64,000 nucleotides of DNA from Lama glama. Taxonomy: Eukaryota. The position numbers were made by a program, and so were the translations under genes. The notes under the pieces are model-generated. The model was not told the DNA's origin, did not search any database, and worked only from the letters and a program-made list of their open reading frames with translations. Each line of letters begins with the position of its first letter. Position 1 is the first letter of the stretch. Where the stretch lies: NCBI GenBank assembly GCA_028534125.1, contig CM052818.1:38690001-38754000 (forward strand), given 5' to 3'. Below, piece after piece: positions 12,019 to 24,049 of this stretch.

Positions 12019-13249
12019 CTAGAGAGACCTCACAGCCTGAGCATGGCGGAGGATAGGAAGGGGGACTTTGTCAGTGGGGACAAGTGCTCCAAAAATCTGC
12101 TGAAAGAGTACATAGAAACCAGGGGGGGGGAAAGCCCTTCCTCCTGTAGTATCTCTCCTCCAGCACACTTTTCAAAGCTAACATATCAGTTGGCAGAGGA
12201 AAAATATTTTTAAAAGCCTGGATCAATTTTTCCACAGAAGGCACTGAAGGATGAATTTGGTGGTAATAAATTGATAACTGGCACAAAGGGGAAAACATTC
12301 CGGAAGTGGGGGCAGTGGGGGAGTAAAACATTAGCAAAGTTATAGGAGCAGAAAAGCTTGAAGACACCGAAGAAGTGCAGGGACAAGACAGACTAGAGTG
12401 CAAGTTCCATGTGAAGTGATAAGAGGAGAAAAAGCTTTCAGGGTACTTAGAATCTGGGCTCTTGAGGGCTTTGAATGAAAGGAGGATGGATAGTTGAAGA
12501 GGAGGACAGGAAGACCAGTAAGTTTGAGATGTAGTCCTGTTGATAGACACAAAGAAGACAGAGGCAGAGATGAAGGAGTGATATAAAGGACTGAATTTTT
12601 GCACATATCTTGATTATTATAGGAAATTGTTCCTGATGTTATTTCATATTCTATTTTTTCTCTCTGCCCATTTCGTAATTTAATAATGTAGTGCTTTAAT
12701 ATTGCATAAAATACAAAATTTGGGATGAGAGGATTAATAGAGGAAAAAGCTTTTAGAGTTTATCAAGGAGTTCACCATCCCTCTTTACAGTTCTGTCTGG
12801 GAAGGTACAAGAGCAGCCCTAGCCTCAGTATGTTTTCACCGGTCTTTACAGGTGAAGGTGAGGGGACTTGGCTCACTGGTGGAGCATGTAGCTATGAGAG
12901 AATTCCAGCAGAAGGAAAGGGGAAGTTAGCCATGGTCACTGTCAGCTTAGACTGGAGAGGAGAGTTGTGGGAAAAGTTAATCTTGTTTTGATTCACACTC
13001 CTCTGTAGTCTTTAATTTCACTGAAGACGTGTCTCCCTGTTTCTCCCTACTCTTGTGGTTTTCTTTTTTTTTCTTTTTTGCAGTCCTGTAATCTAGAATA
13101 GCTGAATAGTCATATATTTCCCGTATCTCTTTGTGGCATTTCCTTCTAAGTGTATTGAATTTTGTCTTTTTTATTCTTGAATATTGTCTTTGGCCCAAGG
13201 TTTTACGTTTCAGTGACTCTTCATATTGTTTTTCTCCCCTGATTTAGAA

Positions 13250-13403
13250 ATGGACTCAGAAATCAAGGAAGAAATTCCTGTGCATGAGGAATACATTTTA
13301 TGTTGTGGAGTTGAAACCCAGGTTCTAAAATGTGGGCCCTGGACTGACCTTGTTAATGATCAAAGTGCCAACAAGCCTAAGCTGCTTATTTTCATTATTA
13401 CTG
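13250..13403 (+). CDS. LDAH: LDAH coding exon 2 (exon starts at 13248; ATG at 13250)
   Basis: Polypyrimidine tract and ttag acceptor at 13247. Translates MDSEIKEEIPVHEEYILCCGVETQVLKCGPWTDLVNDQSANKPKLLIFIIT(G), matching the recalled LDAH N-terminus. Donor G|gtaagt, phase 1, 154 coding nt. Confidence 0.96.
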
Positions 13404-14990
13404 GTAAGTTTAAAAATCTGGATGAGGACACTTTATACAGATACTTGTAACTATTTATGAATTTAGAGAGAATTTGGTAAATATAAAAAAATCACTGTGT
13501 TATACATCAGAGATTGACATACTGTAATTGACTATACTTCAATTAAAAAAATACAGAAAAAGCATTCACACACATACACACAAAATCTTATGGAAGGAAA
13601 TAAAATCACTTAAACCATTGATAAAAGCAACCCTTAATACTTTGGAGGCTGGGCTTTTAGTTTTTCTTCTATACATTTATATTATATATATTAAGTTATA
13701 TATGTTATTTAAATCACAGTATATACCATACATATAGTTTTGTGTTCTGCTTTTTAAAATTTCTTTAAAAATATTTAGAATAATTAGAACTTTATCAAAT
13801 ATTTTGTGAAATTTTTCTAAATAATTTTTTTCCATCTCATTTCCAGATGATAAGTTTATGGTAGAACATTTATTTATTTTGGGATTTGGCATCTGGGTCA
13901 TTTGTGGCTTTTGCTGGATCAGTGTCCACAGAATGTGAGGGGTAAATACTTGATTGTACATATTCAAAGCACTTTTTAAAAATTGTGCGCTTGAAAAAAA
14001 CATATATATATACACATATATATATACATACACACATATATGTATCAGCCTTAAAGATTAAAAATGAAATTGTAGCTATGTATCATATCATATCATGCAT
14101 AGCTTAATCTATAGGATATGATGATTACATTTGTTTTATACTTTTTTTTTTGTTTTCCCTGGGTTGATGATTGTCTCTTTTATTTGCTTAGTTTCCTATG
14201 TTTTAATCACTTATTTATCCTAAAATTATTCTCTAGAAGTGAAAAAAATTTTGAGTAATCAGTTTTTTGAGTAATCAGGTTTTTGGTGTTTCTGTTTCTG
14301 GCTCTCCTCCCCACCCCACCAGAACTCTGTTCTTCAGCTCTGGTCTGGACTGCTTGCTCTCTGGGCCCGCTACACAGGCCGTCCTGGGGCTTCCTTTCGC
14401 TTTTCTCCTGGGTTGGATTCTCTGTTCCCTAGATCCCCTGTTTTCTTTTCTTGGTTTGTTCCCTTGTTTTTGGTGGAGTACCTCTTCTAGTAGCTTCTTG
14501 AGAAGAGGTGCATGGGAAGTAATCTTTTAACGATCTACCATGTCAGAGAACGTCTTAGACGTCTAGGTTGGAGAGCATTTTCATTGTTTTCCAGGGTTCA
14601 GGCTGTTTTTGAAAAGTCATGACATTATTCTAATTTTTGATCTTTCATATGTGAAGCTTTCTCCTCTTAAAAAAAAAAGTTAGATTTCTTTGTTCTAAGA
14701 TTCTGAAGTTTTACAATCAGGCACTTTCGTATGGATGTTTTTCATACATTATATTTTGGATTTTGGTGGACCCTTTTAAACCAGAAACTTAACTTCGATT
14801 CTAAGAGCTCTGTTTTCTCTTTACTTTTTCTATAGTCTCCTGTTTCATGAGTGCATTATCATCTTTTTGAGGTGAGGAGAGAAGGGCTTCTTGTATTGTT
14901 AGAGTTTTTACTGCATTCCTTTTTCTGTTTGTTTGTGTTAGTCTTTGTTTTTCCTCAAATGTTTGATAATCTGACTACCCTTTCATTTTT

Positions 14991-15211
14991 TTTAACATTT
15001 TTATTGAGTTATAGTCATTTAACAATGTTATGTCAAATTCCAGTGTAGAGCACAATTTTTCAGTTATACATGAACATGTATATATTCATTGTCACATTTT
15101 TTCGTCACTGTTAGCTACCATAAGATCTTGTGTATATTTCCTTGTGCTATACAATATAATCTTGTTTATCTGTTCTACATTTTGAAATCCCAGTCTGTCC
15201 CTTCCCACCCC
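14991..15211 (-). mobile_element. Young 5'-truncated L1 3' end
   Basis: About 20-bp TSD ctgactaccctttcattttt at 14971-14990 and 15212-15231; reverse complement of the 19.8-20.0 kb L1 end. Confidence 0.9.
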
Positions 15212-15299
15212 CTGACTACCCTTTCATTTTTAAGAGGAAGACACAAAAAATTGATTGGAAGCTTGTGTTCGGGGGTGGAGCTTGTCTACAGGTATGCTG

Positions 15300-15403
15300 A
15301 GGGTGACTAGCCATCCTAGTCTGAGGGGTTTTCTAGGACACATGACTTTCAGTACTAAAACCATGACAACAGGATGGGCAGAACAAGGTGGTTGGTCACC
15401 CTA
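15300..15403. mobile_element. hAT-Blackjack MITE (MER81/MER94-like)
   Basis: Terminal inverted repeats agggtgactagccatcct ... aggtggttggtcaccct. Confidence 0.65.
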
Positions 15404-16274
15404 AGTAATCCTCACCTTAGGGTGATTGTGTAGGGACCGAGCATTTCATTGGAAGATTTCTAGCTTTCAGTGGATTGTTCAGTTTGCCCAGGAAGGAGTC
15501 TTCTAAGTGTCCTGTCTGAGGAGTGGAAGGGTATCTACCAATGTTCAGAGCTGAACAAGGGAAGGAGCTTGGAGTTTCAGTGTTTCTTTTCAGTATAGTG
15601 CTTCTGTTCTCAACTGGGCTAAGATTTCTGATCCAAAATCTCTCTCTAGTTTAACCTCTTTGGAAAATAAACTTCTAGGGTTCTGCCACGATGTAACAGT
15701 CTTTTGGAAAGCATCCTGTCCGCAGCTATTAAAATTAAAGCTACATATGCTCTGCCAGTCGTGAGGGAGAGTTTGAAATTATAGGCATGACAAGTGCTAT
15801 TTGATGAAGTAGGGATTTGGAGGCCATTGTAGAGCGTAGGGTTAAGAAAGTCATTAGAAACATTATCTTGGACTGGAGAAGGGATATCCTTCTGAGGCTG
15901 AAGTGAAGGAGGTAAAGTTGGTTACTGAAATGGAGAAGCGTGAAGGTGTGTCAGGGGGAGTAGAGTAGTTCCTGCCTCTTAACCTCTGTTTTCTCTGTTA
16001 GTTAAGAGTTGAGGTGATCTGTGGAGAGTAAGGATGACAGAGGGTGGATAGAGGCCTTGAGGAAATTGGTCATCACTGAAAATAGCAGATATGCAGGATG
16101 AAAGGAATACTGACCAAGAACAAGTAGATAGATTTTGAGCAGGGCTGTGATCAAATAGCAGGTACATTGGGAGTGAAGTCTAAAAGGGCAGAAGGTTGAA
16201 CTGGAGAAGGGCTATCAGAGTTAGGATGCCTTGAATTTGAACCATTTCTGGATAATGAAAATCACATTTCTGTG

Positions 16275-16430
16275 ATTCTTAAGTTTGCTGTCAGGACCAG
16301 CAGTATCATATAAGAACTTAAATGCAAGTTTGGGGCCCCATCCCAGACCTTCTGAACCAGAAACTGGGGAGAAGGGGAACAATCTATATTTTAAGAAGCC
16401 CTCTAGGAAATTTTGATATGCATACCACTG
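16275..16430 (+). mobile_element. MER5A-like MITE
   Basis: ggaccagcagtatca...aatgcaagtttggggccccatcccagacct...ttttaagaagccctctagg. Confidence 0.65.
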
Positions 16431-16906
16431 ATGTATGGTGTGGCTATTGGAATTAGTTGCTTAAATTGGATGTATGTGAAGTTCTTTGAATCAGATCAAG
16501 ATAGTGAATTATAGGACAAAGGTGTTGGCTCAGTCAATTCACCCAGATTTTGAAATCACCCAAGTTATGGAATGGCAAGTGCAGCTGACATTTAAGGGTA
16601 AAGGTTTTAAGGGAATGTGTGACAGTGACTAAAAAGTTGATAGAAGTAGATGGCTTCAGTCTTAGAGGAGGAGAGGTTGTTACAGTAGGATGAACTAGTA
16701 AGTGGAACAAGCAGTCCACTCTATCTCCCCACTCAGAGGTGTTCGTTCACTCACTCGTTTGTATTAGGTGCTAGGAATAGTGTGTTGCAAAAGCCTTTGC
16801 TGTCAAGGTATATGAGGTGTTAGAGAATAGCGAGATCTCTGCTGCAGGGGCTTGAAAGGAAGAGAGTCCATCATAGGGGAGAGCCAGGTTTAAGATATGT
16901 GGAGAG

Positions 16907-17071
16907 GCAGAGGGTATAGCTCAGTGGTAGAGTGCGTGCTTGGCATGCACAAGGTCCTGGGTTCAATCCTCAGTACATCCATTAAAAAAAAAATGAATGA
17001 GTGAATCAATAAACAAACAAACAAATCTAATTGCCTCCCCACTAAGGAAAATTTTTAAAAGAATTTTTTAA
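16907..17071 (+). mobile_element. tRNA-derived SINE (camelid Vic-1-like)
   Basis: A box tagctcagtggtaga, B box ggttcaatcc, A-rich/(AAAC)n middle, ctaattgcctcccc tail; 15-bp TSD aag(a/c)tatgtggagag at 16892-16906 and 17072-17086. Confidence 0.88.
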
Positions 17072-19537
17072 AAGCTATGTGGAGAGATAGAGGGAACATT
17101 CATTGAAGACACTGCAGAGAAAGGGAAGCTTAAAACATTTGTTTTTTTATAGTCCCATTGTTTTATAGTGCTTTGACATTTTCAGATCATTTCGTTTCCT
17201 AGGGTTTTTTAATATTTGCCCATCTATTCTCCTTGCTGCCGTTGGCCCTTTTCCTTGGAGTTTGTGCAAGTTATAGGCTGGTGCTGCTCTGTAGTTTGTG
17301 GATTTCAGAATTGTGTTTTATTTGGGAGCCTAGTCTATTTATACTGTGGGAAAAATTAGGATGACAGTATTTCAAGGATTGTTAAGCCACTATAGACCTT
17401 GTATCCAGCCCCTCTATCTATAACATTTCATTTTAAATGACTTTGCTTATACAACTAGCAAAATTAGTTAATCACTTTTAAGTTAGTAATGATAATGAGG
17501 AATGATTTATTGGAATCCACAGATTGAGGAACTCTTAATTTAGTTTCTTTTCCAGTGAACCTTTGTTGTAGAATTTCTGTCAGTAGCATCCTTGGACTTT
17601 CTTTAAGTAGTGAAATGAGCAAAGGAAGGTAATATGGAAACTCACTCTAGAACATATTGAATCAATGTAATTCCCCAGTGGTCCTATGGAGATAATGGAA
17701 TCACATGATGGGTCTTGTGTTGTGAGTACAGTGAGTGGAAATGGAGCAGACGAGGCTCCATGGACAAGGCCAAAGTCCTGTCCACGTGACAGCCTTCTCT
17801 AGAAGGATGTTGGGTCACATTAACTTGATACATGAAAGGTTTTATCCCCTACAAGGTTAACTAGAAGGTATAAGTCTACAATTGCAATGTTAAATAGTTA
17901 AGAGTTTATTGGCAGTTGGGGTCTAGAGATGATCACCACAGACTCATACGTTGCTCAGGCATTTGACCATATGTATGTTCAGACGTGTTTATAGCACATT
18001 TTGATATCCTTTGAGAAAACGTTTGACTTGCATTTCTGTATTGGGATGTTTTCGAACATCCTTACACCTGGAGATAGAGAGTTTTATTTATATATATATG
18101 ATTTTAGTTGTGTAAACAAGACCGTTTTAATTTTCTCTCTGGTTTCCTAACCAGGAAGTTGAGTTCATAGTTCATAAAGTGTAACATAAGCCATAGCATT
18201 TAAATGGTGAAGTATGCAATGACATTTAAACATTTTGCGTTACAGTTTCCACCTCTGTTTTGAAGTTGGACCTTCACGTTAATTGGCATTGTTGACTCTC
18301 CTGTTTGTTCAGGAGCCAAACTCTTTATGGCTTGAGGGCCTTTGCACCTGTTCTTCTCCTGTCCTAGTGTTGTTTGCCCTCAAATCTTTACATGATTAAT
18401 TTCTTCTCTTTTGGGTTTTAGCTAAATTCCACCTCCTCACGCGTTTTTCTTAGGCCATCCTATTCTCGTCCCTTCTCTATCATATGATCATATTTATGTC
18501 CTTCATAGAAGTTATCACACTCTCACATTATTTTATTTACCTATTTAGTTATGTCAATATATTCTCCTAGAATATAAATTACAAGATAACTGGAAGAATA
18601 TACAGAAGCAGCTGTAGTACTGAATGGAATGAGTGGGCATGGAACAGTTGGCATTATCATTTACTTGATTGTGATAAAATAGTAAATCAGAAAGCTTAAG
18701 GGGATTTGCTTAAGATCTTATAGTCATTAAGGGAAAGAACACAGACTTAAACCCAGAGATAGGGAGAAAAAAATTGTTTTATAGCAGTTCCATTATCTAG
18801 TGCTCATTCATCCTGGCTTCATTTATCCTGTCGTTACGACTACTACGTGTTAATCTTGTAGTTGTTATCTTTGGATTTTCTTCAAAGTCAAACCAGCTTA
18901 ACAGTCTCTAAACCTTAAACTTACAGAATGTTATGTATCAAATTTATTCAATTAGAGAAAACTAAAAATGAAAAATATAATAATAACTGTAGTAATAATG
19001 GATACCAGTTATTAGCATCTATTATGTGCCAAGACTGGGTGCCAGTGGCTGTCAATTCATTATCCCTAGTGATATCAGCTACTTTACTGGGCTGTTGTAA
19101 GAGTAACACAAGGTATGCATAAGATCCTAGACTAGGTAATTTTATGTTCTCTTTAAAATTCAGTATTATTGAGGGTTTTTTTTTTTATTTGTATGTTCTT
19201 TTCTCTCAGTCTTCAGATACTTACTGAGCACTTATCTGTGTGATAACACTAATAACACCTTGGTCAAATTTTTTAACCTCCCTATCTCCGTTTCTTCACC
19301 CTTAAGATGAAAATAAGAATAGTACTACCTCATGTGAGGACTAAATGAGTTATATAAAAACGTACATACTGCCTGGCATGTAATAAGTTATAGCACTTTA
19401 AAATGTTGACTATTATCATTTTCTAGCCATGTGAAGAAAACTATAGAATTTTGCTGAGAAACATAAAACATTTGAACATGAGACATGACATATTCCTAGA
19501 AGGTTATACTCAGTAATATAAAAAATATCAAGTCTTT

Positions 19538-20017
19538 AATACTATTCAGCCATAAAAACCGACAACATAACGCCATTTGCAGCAACATGGATGTTCCTGG
19601 AGAATGTCATTCTAAGTGAAGTAAGCCAGAAAGAGAAAGAAGAATACCATATGAGATCGCTCATATGTGAAATCTAAAAAAAAAGAAAGAAAGAAAGAAC
19701 ATAAATACAAAACAGAAACAGACTCATAGACATAGAATAGAAACTTGTGGTTGCCAAGGGGGTGGGGGGGGGGAGGGACAGACTGGGATTTCAAAATTTG
19801 TGGATACTGACAGGCATATGCAGAATAGATAAACAAGATTATACTGTATAGCACAGGGAAATATATACAGGATCTTATGGTAGCTCACAGCGAAAAATAA
19901 AATGTGACAGTGGATATATGTATGTTCATGTATAACTGAAAAATTGTGCTCTGTACTGGAATTTGACACAACATTGTAAAATGACTATAACTCAATAAAA
20001 AAATGTTAAAAAAAGTT
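19538..20017 (+). mobile_element. Young 5'-truncated L1 (ORF2 C-terminus + 3' UTR) nested in an older L1 relic
   Basis: ccatttgcagcaacatggatg...ctaagtgaagtaagccag ORF2 end, aataaa and A tail; 13-bp TSD atatcaagtcttt at 19525-19537 and 20018-20030. Confidence 0.92.
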
Positions 20018-20339
20018 ATATCAAGTCTTTCTAAATTAATGTGATAATGAGATGCAATTTCAATCAGAATTCTAAAGAGACTATTAAAAATTGACTTTTT
20101 TTGAAAAAAGATCATTTATTCATTCTGGTTTTTTTTATAGCAAACCTATGTCAAAAATACCTTCTGTACATACACAAGAAAAATCTGTATGTGTAAATTG
20201 GTGTTCTCTTCCCCACAGTATCAAACTATACATCTCTTTACAATGTAAGTACTTGTGATACGTGACCAGAAAACTATAGACTCCTTTAAGTTCTCTTTGT
20301 GAATGATTCTTACACTGACTGGTTTTTATGTAGCTTAGT

Positions 20340-20750
20340 AACTGACTGTAGGCAAATCTTAAAGGATCTTACAGGCAGTGTTAATGATTTTATATATCTG
20401 GATGACAATGGGAAGCCACTGAAGGGTGTTTAAGTAGGGTACTGCTATGATTCAACTTGAGCTTTGGAGATATTTCTCTGGATACCTTAAAGAATGGATT
20501 CCAACAAGACAAGAGTAGATAGAAGACCTGTTAGGAGGCTGGGTAGACCAGTGGGAAGTGATAATACTATCAGAGAGAAATGGACAAAGATGGAATATAT
20601 TTTTGAAGCAAAGTTAACAAGATTTATTGGTGAATCGGATGTTGGATATGAAGGGCAGAGAGAAACCGAGGATGAATCCTGGTGTTAGGACTTGGGTATT
20701 GGTTTATGATTGGTAGTTCCATTTATTAGGTTGAGGTACAGGGAGGAAGA
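20340..20750 (-). mobile_element. L2 LINE relic
   Basis: caatgggaagccactgaagggtgtttaag...gaagacctgttaggaggct...gaatatatttttgaagcaaagttaacaagatttattggtgaatcggatg. Confidence 0.7.
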
Positions 20751-20968
20751 ATTTATTTGAAACAATTAGAGAACAAAGCCAGAGCAGAAATTTTCTAAGT
20801 GATCATTCCCAAACTTAAGGTATAAAGGATATTAAAATTGAGTTGTATGTATAAATATTACTACGTTTGTAGAGGAAAGTATAAGAAAAAAATAGATGTT
20901 TCTTTTTCAGTCTGTGCATTGTCTTAGGTGAATTTATTGCTTCGGTTAATGTAAAATCTGTTTCTTAG

Positions 20969-21112
20969 GTAACCCAGGATTTTCTGCCCTTTATGTGCCA
21001 TTTGCAAAGGCTTTGTATTCTTCAACAAAAAGACGCTTTCCAGTTTGGGTTATCAGTCATGCTGGGCATGCCTTTGCCCCCAAAGACAAGAAGATTCTTA
21101 CAACATCGGATG
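20969..21112 (+). CDS. LDAH: LDAH exon 3 (144 nt, phase 1-1)
   Basis: tttcttag acceptor; (G)NPGFSALYVPFAKALYSSTKRRFPVWVISHAGHAFAPKDKKILTTSD; donor G|gtatgt. In frame with exon 2. Confidence 0.96.
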
Positions 21113-21204
21113 GTATGTCTTTATTAACATCTGCTTTTCTTTACAGTGAGTGGGTATTCATGTTTCTTAAAGCCTCCTAAGGTTAAGAGTTACACCAGTG
21201 GCGG

Positions 21205-21357
21205 AGGGTGGGGGTACAGCTCAGTGGTAGAGCTCATGCTTAGCATGTACAAGGTCCCAGGTTCAATCCCCAGTACTTCTGTTAAAAAAACTAATAATAA
21301 ACAAACAAACAAACAAACCTAATTACCTCCCTCCCCCCATTGCTTTAAAAAAAAAAA
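21205..21357 (+). mobile_element. tRNA-derived SINE (Vic-1-like)
   Basis: cagctcagtggtagagctcatgcttagcatgtacaaggtcccaggttcaatccccagtac, (AAAC)n, cctaattacctccc, poly(A). Confidence 0.88.
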
Positions 21358-22406
21358 GAGAGCGTTGTACTGATGGAAACCTCTGCTTGTGGCATTGGGC
21401 CCAGCATTCCACATTTTGGTAATTTTAGGATTTGGGGGATCATTTCAATTCTTCTGCAGATAGTTTTCTTTGAAACTTTGGCCATATCAAACAGTTTGTC
21501 TAGGACTTGCCTTCTCTATTTACCAACTAGCAGTCAACTGTGTATGCATTGATCATGTATTATAGTACCAGTATTGTACTAAGAGGAATGGTGAAGTATT
21601 ATAAGACATGGTTCTTAGCCATTGTCCTTACTCTAAAGAAGCTCTCGTCTCACATTTAGAGCTAGCAGTCAAATGATAAACTCTGGCTTGCTGATCATGT
21701 CAATTCTTAAGGAGTAAACAAAGGAGAGAACATGGTATGAGTTTGAAAAGACTTTGAGGAGTAAATGGGTTTTAACAGTTGGGTAAGAATTTGGACTTGA
21801 AGGGTGGAGGTGGATGCAGAGATATAACAGGCAGAAGGCTTAGCGTAGCAGGGAGAGAGATTCAGTAGGTACTCCAGTGCTAGCAAGGGCCAGATCTCAA
21901 GGAGGAACCTTGAAAGCTGGGGGAGAAGAGGACTCTAAGTGGTAGATTACTAGAAACCTTTAAATGGAGGAAGTAGTACCATAGACATGCAAATTACCTG
22001 CTTTTAATTCATGAATATTCTAGCATGTTCTCTCTTCTAAAAATAAATGAGAAGGAAAAAGAAAAACATAACTTCTCTGTGGGCATTCCACCCAAGGGTC
22101 ATTTGTCCTGAGGGTGCCACCTAGTCAGTCTGAGCTGGGAGAGGTGGCTGTGGCTTCATTACCTAGTTTGCTCCTGGTTCTGGTTAGCCTCTCCTATGGT
22201 ATGAGCATCTTACTGAGCATCTAATGATAGGGGAAACCATGTATGCGTAGAGAGAGAGAAAGGGATAGGTGATAAGAGAACTCTCTGGACTAGTCTGTTC
22301 AAATTTTCTGTAACTCTAAAACCGTTCTAAAAACAGAATCTGTTACTATAAAAACAAATACTGAAATTTTAAAGTAACTTAATATTTACATTTTACTTTC
22401 TATCAC

Positions 22407-22815
22407 TGTATTAGCTCAGACTCCCGTAACAAAAACCATAGACTACATCGCTTACATAGCGGGGATTTATTTTCTTACAGTCTGGAGGCTGTAAGTCCAA
22501 GATGAGCGTTTCGGCATAACTAGGTTCTGATGAGAGCCCTACCCCTGGCTTGCAGGTGGCCGCCTTCTCTTTATGTCCTCACGCATCAGAGAGAGAGAGA
22601 GAGCAAACACATGCAAGAGAGAGCGTGCACAGGCCCTCAAGCTCTCTGACGTCTTCTTATAAGGGCACCTATCCCTTCATGAGGCCCCCACCCTTATGAC
22701 CCTCTCTAACCCTAATTACCTCCCAAAGTCCTCGTCTCCAAATACCAATGTAAATTGAGGGAGTTAGGGCTTCAACATAAGAGTTATAGGGAACACAAAC
22801 ATTAAGTCCTTAACA
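22407..22815 (-). mobile_element. MLT1A/B-like solo LTR (ERVL-MaLR)
   Basis: tgtattag...cagtctggaggctgtaagtccaagat...tcttcttataagggcac...ccctaattacctcccaaag...taaca; 5-bp TSD atcac/atcat. Confidence 0.8.
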
Positions 22816-23539
22816 ATCATGAATGAGAATGTTATGTATTGACATTTCAAATCTGATCACAAGTATAGGTCAGCATATACGTATGACATTGTGCCTGAGC
22901 AACAGGAGAACATACAAATTATCTCTTAAAATATTTTTATTAAATATTTGTTGAAGTTTTAGAAGCTGCCTTTTGGTCCATCCTCAGAAGTAATAACCTT
23001 ACAGTTTCCAGAAGCAGGCCTTTTGAAGCCTTAATCCTGTTGAACAGTGAAAGAAAAGTTTCTGTTCTAAGTAGAAGTTCTTTCCACATTCATGAACATC
23101 TGCAGGCATGCTAAATTGTAAACATTTTTTAATTTGAAGAAGTGAGTGACAATTAAGAGATGATTACTATTTTTATCCATGTCTTATTTTTGGCTGTTAA
23201 CTGGTGCATATAGTCAAGATACAATGTAGTTACTGCAGAATTTAAGAAACAAAATCACCCTCATGCATACAGAGTAGATACTCTGGTTCTATAGTTAGCA
23301 TGCGATCTGGTTCTCTTTTCTTTTCACTCCTGAAGCCATAGCTCAGACTATTCATGTGTCATCTCACTGTGAATGTCACAACTCCCAGGCTCTTGACCTT
23401 GCCTCTTAATTCTCACATATCGTAGTATAGATCAGCTTCCTGAAAAACTAGTTCTCATTCCAGAACCCTGCGATAATTTTAAATTGACTTTTAACATCAG
23501 GTGCCAACTCTTGAGAATGGAATTTAAGCTTTCTTTTCT

Positions 23540-23664
23540 TTTTTTTTTAATTTTACTTTTCTTTTCTTTCTTTCTTTTTCTTTTTAAATGGAGATACTAG
23601 GGATTGAACCCAGGACCCTGTACATGCTAAGCACGCATTCTACCACTGAGCTATTCCCTCCCAC
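23540..23664 (-). mobile_element. tRNA-derived SINE (Vic-1-like, short form), antisense
   Basis: gggattgaacccagg...ctaccactgagcta; T-rich head; 14-bp TSD aagctttcttttct at 23526-23539 and 23665-23678. Confidence 0.9.
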
Positions 23665-24049
23665 AAGCTTTCTTTTCTCCTAATTCCATTGATTCAGTTT
23701 AACCATTTTGGAGTACCTGCTGTGAACCTGCCTCTTTGCTAGCACTTAGGGAAAAATACCTCTGTGCTTGAAACAGATCCATTGCGCTTATATTATTTAT
23801 TGTTAGGATATCTCACCACCCAGACTTCCTGTGTCTTTTTGTTTTTTAAGGCATCACATGTAAGATTGCCCTTGTCTAGGCAAACTCTACTCCTCTCTGC
23901 TGAAACAGTTTCCGCTCTCGGTGATCAGGCCCTTTATAAGCAAGATCATCCAGGCTTTGTTTTAGCACTTCAGTCACTCAAATTTCTTGTACTGCCACTT
24001 TCACCTACTTTATATTTTTTATTTCCCTAGTTATCTTCTATTTAGATAA

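Noticed and set aside
12071..12604. 177-aa Ser-rich minus-strand ORF
   Set aside because: Low-complexity translation of a purine-rich plus strand overlapping probable MLT/L2 relics; no homology recognised and no splice support.
16907..16980. tRNA-like sequences (also at 21210 and 23590)
   Set aside because: They have A and B boxes but are followed by A-rich tails, and two have clear TSDs. They are SINEs, not tRNA genes.
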